Shown: in pieces, positions 59,900 through 64,000 of the stretch | Numbering within the stretch: the first letter of the stretch is position 1 | Layout of the letters: the number at the start of each line of letters is the position of its first letter | Origin: Octopus sinensis | Lineage: Eukaryota | Assembly (NCBI RefSeq): GCF_006345805.1 | Contig: NC_043007.1 | Span: 55,366,001-55,430,000, forward strand | Reading direction: 5' to 3' | Length of the DNA: 64,000 nucleotides | Made by a program: the position numbers and the translations under genes | Notes under the pieces: generated by a model | Told to the model about the DNA's origin: nothing | Databases searched by the model: none | The model's input: the letters and a program-made list of their open reading frames with translations, nothing else

Positions 59900-62800
59900 A
59901 TTAAAAAAACCAAAAAACATGGGAAATCATGCCCCCATGATCCCGGACCACGGGGGGAGAATAAAAGATCAAATAGGGACGGAAAAAAACGAAATGGACT
60001 TGGACCGGAAATGGACAATGAGAAAGGAAACGGTATAGGAGTTCAGCTGCTACGGAAAGGTGTTTGCTAGTTATATCGGGCTGATAATCCACCAAGGGAA
60101 GGTGTGCCAGAAGAAAGTAATTCAACAACGCGGGTTGATAAACCATAAGACGTGTGGCCAGAACCCCCCGGAAAATAACCATAGTGAGGTTCATTCCACA
60201 GTTGAATTGGAACAGTCAAAAAGACTGATAGGCGTGACGAGGACAAAGGTTAAGTGGCCGAAAGCAAATGACGCAGCGAGTTATAAAAAATTTGACGACG
60301 AGGTAGGAAGAATGACCACCAAATTCAAAGGCGACGACGAACAAAAGCTCGAAAACCTGGCTAATACAATCTACCAGGAAGGAGAGAAAAGATTTGAACT
60401 GGAAACAACAGGGAATGTAGAATCAACGGCAAAGAGCGGACCATCGAGGAGAGAAAGACGGATCGCAAAGATTCGAGAAGAGAAGAAAAAACTCAGAACC
60501 AGATGAAGGGATGCGAAGGAGGAGGAAAGAGAAGGGCTAAAGCAGCTGTATGAAGAGATAAATTGTAGCTTTGTGAACAATCCCTATCAATATGCGAAAC
60601 ATCTATTTACTGAAAGTAAAAGTGGAAAATTGGATTGCACGAAAGAAGAGCTCGAACAACATCTGAAAGCGACTCTGACAGAAATGAAGTACTCCCAGAA
60701 ATGCACGGACTGAAGAAACCACCTGAACCAAGAGTACCATTTGATTTGAGCAACATCAAACGGAAAGAAATCGATGAGTTCATAAGGAAAGCAAGAGCGA
60801 AAAGTGCACCAGGGAACGATGGAGTCAGCTACAAAGTATACAAATATTGCCCGAAATTACGATTGCAGCTGTTTGTACTGATAAGAGAAATGTGGAAGAA
60901 GAAAGATGTAGCGGAGCGATGGTGTATAGCCGAAGGTATCTATCTACCTATAGAAAAAGAGACAAAAACACTAGGCCAATTTAGACCGATTTCTCTACTA
61001 AATACAGACGGGAAAATCTTGTTCGGAATAATTGCTAGACGAATCATACAGCATAACGGATACGTTAATGAAGCGATTCAAAAAGCAGGAATCCCCGGAA
61101 TCCCTGGGTGCATAGAACACACATTTTCCATCTGGGAAGCCATCACCTGTGCAAAACAAATGAGGAAAAACCTATATATTGTTTGGCTAGATCTTGCAAT
61201 GCTTATGGATCTGTTCCGCACGCAATAATAAAAACAGCGATGGACTTCTTTTGGATTCCAAAAGATGTTCAACGAATGCTCATGTCGTACTACGACAATC
61301 TGAGGATGAGATTTACAGCAGGAAGGTTCACAAAGGAGTGGCAACGGCTTGAAATAGGTATTGCAGCCGGATGCACGATATCAGTCATCTTATTCGTGCT
61401 AGTCATAGAAATGTTACTTAGATCTACAAACTGTGAGAAAGCTGTTACAAAGACATCACTAAGGGCTTTTATGGACGACGTAACTATATTATCGGAAAGT
61501 AGAGAAGCAGCAGAGGGAACGTTAGAGCGGTTGGACGAACTGATAGGATGGGCAAGGATAAAATTCAAAGCCAAAAAATCTCGAAGCGTGGCTTTCGTGA
61601 AAGGAAGGCAAGAAGAAGTGAAATTCAGGATAGGAAGTGAAGACATACCAACGGTGAAAGAACAACCAGTAAAGAGTCTCGGCAGATGGTATAGGGATTT
61701 ATTAAATGATAAGAAGCAAGGGAAAGAAACACACGAGTTAGTAGAACAAGGATTAAAGGCAATTGACGGACACAACGCCGCTGCCGGGAAAACTTTCAAT
61801 GTTGGACAACTGCAGTTGGCTGTATCAAAGAATAATGTTGGTCGGCCATTGCAAAGTACGAACGAAATAGCCTCGAGTATAGTAGAAAGGATGGAGCAAA
61901 GATTGCAGTGTGTTTATCAGAAAATGGCTTGGGTCTGCTGAAACCATCCTGATAGAACTGCACTATATGGAAAACCCGTGCTGAACTACCAATAACATCA
62001 ATCGCCGAAGAATATAAGGCAGGAAAGGCGACACTAGGCAGTAATGATGCTAGGTATTCAAAAGATCAGAGAATCCGGGAAACCCCTCCATAGGTACGAA
62101 ACAGAAAAGGAAATGGAAGGCGGAAGAGGGCAGAATATCATGGAAGGAACTTTGGGCTTGGGAACAAGCAAGAACATCCTCCTGATCAAGTTTACCTTCG
62201 CCGTTCTACCCTCACCGGCGAACTTAGTCCGGTGGAAACATAAAAACAACCGATGAGTGCAGATGCGGAGAGAAAGCCGACAGTTAGACATGTTCTGTCA
62301 GGTTGCAGACCTAGCATTTGAAAGATATACATGGCGGCATAATCAAGTCCTCGGCGTCATAACGCAGCACTCAAGGAGAAGATCGAGAGGTACAATAGGG
62401 GAGAGTACCCAAAAGTAGAAAAGCGCAGGAAAGTATACTTCCACAAGGAGGGAAAAGATTATAAAACCAGACCTACAAGTAAAGTATACGAGATGGACGA
62501 AAGATGGAAGGGATACTGGGAGGTGGCCACGGACTTGGAAAGACAAGCAATTTTCCCACTAATTAAAACAACAAAAAGACCAGATTTAGTTCTATGGAAC
62601 AGAGATCGGAGAATGGGAATTTTACTATAACTGACAGTATCTTGGGAAGAGAACATAGGCAATGCAGAGGAACGAAAGAAGATGTATGAAAAGCTAATCG
62701 AAGAATGCAGAGAACAGGGATGGAATGTCGAATATTATCACCTGGCAGTGGGGGCTAGAGGCTTCATTGAAAAGAAAATGACAACGCTTTTCAAAAGAAG

Positions 62801-62910
62801 ATTTGTTTTTTCTAGCCCCGAGCTGCGTAAACTAATAAGGGGAGTACAGGAGGTGGTAAAAAAAGCCAGCTTCTATATATGGCTGAAGCGGGAAGACCGA
62901 AAATAGCTTG
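59900..62910 (+). mobile_element. Hero-like RLE non-LTR retrotransposon, near full length, multiply frameshifted
   Basis: N-terminal GLIIHQGKVC zinc-finger-like segment, KWPKA, NPYQYAK, SAPGNDGVSY, QFRPISLLN, GIPGCIEH, WLDLA.AYGSVPH, GIAAGCTISVILF, RAFMDD, VKSLGRWY, C..C..H.LSGC..YTWRHNQVL, RPDLVLW..(E)LTVSWEE..EERK..YEKL; stop at 62904-62906. Confidence 0.85.
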
Positions 62911-62980
62911 AAAATCATAAACACGCCGACGGGAAATAAAATCATTAGGTGAAACAAGCTGACTGAAGCAGCTTCGCTGA

Positions 62981-63189
62981 CTGACAGGTGACGGTCGTTT
63001 AGAAAAAGCGCGGGCTGAAACTATGCGCCTTCACTAGTCAATTAAGGTGAGATAGTGTCACATGACAACTTGCTGGGTTGCCTGCTGACAGGTGACGGTC
63101 GTTTAGAAAAAGCGCGGGCTAAAACTACGCGCCTTCACTAGTCAGTTGAGGTGAGACAGTGTCACGTGACAACTTCCTGGGGATGCCTG
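62981..63189. repeat. ~104-bp direct tandem duplication downstream of the Hero-like ORF
   Basis: ctgacaggtgacggtcgtttagaaaaagcgcgggct... starts at 62981 and 63085; several substitutions between units. Confidence 0.93.
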
Positions 63190-63509
63190 CTGGAGCCTAT
63201 ACGGTAGGTATTTAAAGAGAAAAATTTGACAAGACAGTCAGTCACCAGCTGACACTTGCTGACAATACATCAAAGAGGTCAGGGAACAGAAGAAAGAAGA
63301 CACGCACCCAACACCAGAAGCTGAAGACACCTCCGAAGGGGGGGGGGGGGAGGGCAAGCGTCAAAACGGTAGAGGAGTAGGGGCCGAAACCGGACGTGGT
63401 TCCTCCTGATGATGTCTTGAGCTAACTGGATCCCATAAAGGAGCTGTTGTGGTAGCAGACCACGAAACACAGTTGAATTTCCTCCTCATCGCTATCATAT
63501 TGAAACCTA

Positions 63510-63915
63510 TTTTTTTTTCAATATCTTGGGTGATAAAAAAGACAAAACTAGAAAATTTAAAACTTAGAATGGTTGATGGATGAATGTTTTGTAGGCAGTA
63601 AGTTTAAAAGTGGTTTGAAGTAAATTTAAGTAACCATTGATAAAAATCATTGATCAAAATCAAAGTTATCAACTGCTGAAATATGGTGCGAAAGTTTAGT
63701 GGTACTCTCAAAAGTTTTTTTTCATATCTGGGTGATAAAAAAGACAAAAATAGAAAATTGATAAAGTAGAATGGTGATGGATGAATGTTTTGTAGGCAGT
63801 AAGTTTAAAAGTGGTTTGAAGTAAATTTAAGTAACCATTGATAAAAATCATTGATCAAAATCAAAGTTATCAACTGCTGAAATATGGTGCGAAAGTTTAG
63901 TGGTACTCTCAAAAG
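63510..63915. repeat. ~202-bp direct tandem duplication
   Basis: gggtgataaaaaagacaaaa at 63528 and 63730. The 3' ~140 bp look identical, while the 5' parts differ by small indels. Confidence 0.93.
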
Positions 63916-64000
63916 GTAAAGGCAGCCAGTCAAATTCGCAAGCAAACACCATCATTTCTAATTGGTTTGTAAGATTTTCTCTGAGAAAACTGAAATAATC

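Overview
AT-rich, repeat-dense eukaryotic genomic DNA, most likely a coleoid cephalopod (Octopus-like), judged from its tRNA-derived SINE families and dense (TA)n/(CA)n/(AAT)n/(TATC)n microsatellites; the species call is an inference. No intact host protein-coding gene can be supported; there are only a few candidate spliced exons near 14-15 kb. The window is mostly transposon debris: a CR1-type RT fragment with an open 551-aa frame, two young R4/Dong-like RLE LINEs inside (AAT)n tracts plus three older R4/Dong-like fragments, a near full-length decayed Hero-like RLE LINE, a deleted Gypsy element apparently fused to a LINE-ORF1-like gene, a full-length decayed mariner, two non-autonomous Helitron copies (one complete), Penelope-like GIY-YIG relics and many SINEs. 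The most unusual items are: (i) an LTR-like promoter driving a LINE-ORF1-like gene joined in frame to Gypsy gag; (ii) a U6 snRNA retrocopy fused to a SINE/LINE-type 3' stem-loop tail; (iii) several type I hammerhead ribozyme motifs, one near-canonical, two with a CUGU core variant and one in a ~142-nt circularly permuted retrozyme-like unit; (iv) a cluster of (AAT)n-targeted retroelements; (v) several long fold-back palindromes. All calls were made by eye. Coordinates of decayed elements are approximate and clade names need database confirmation.
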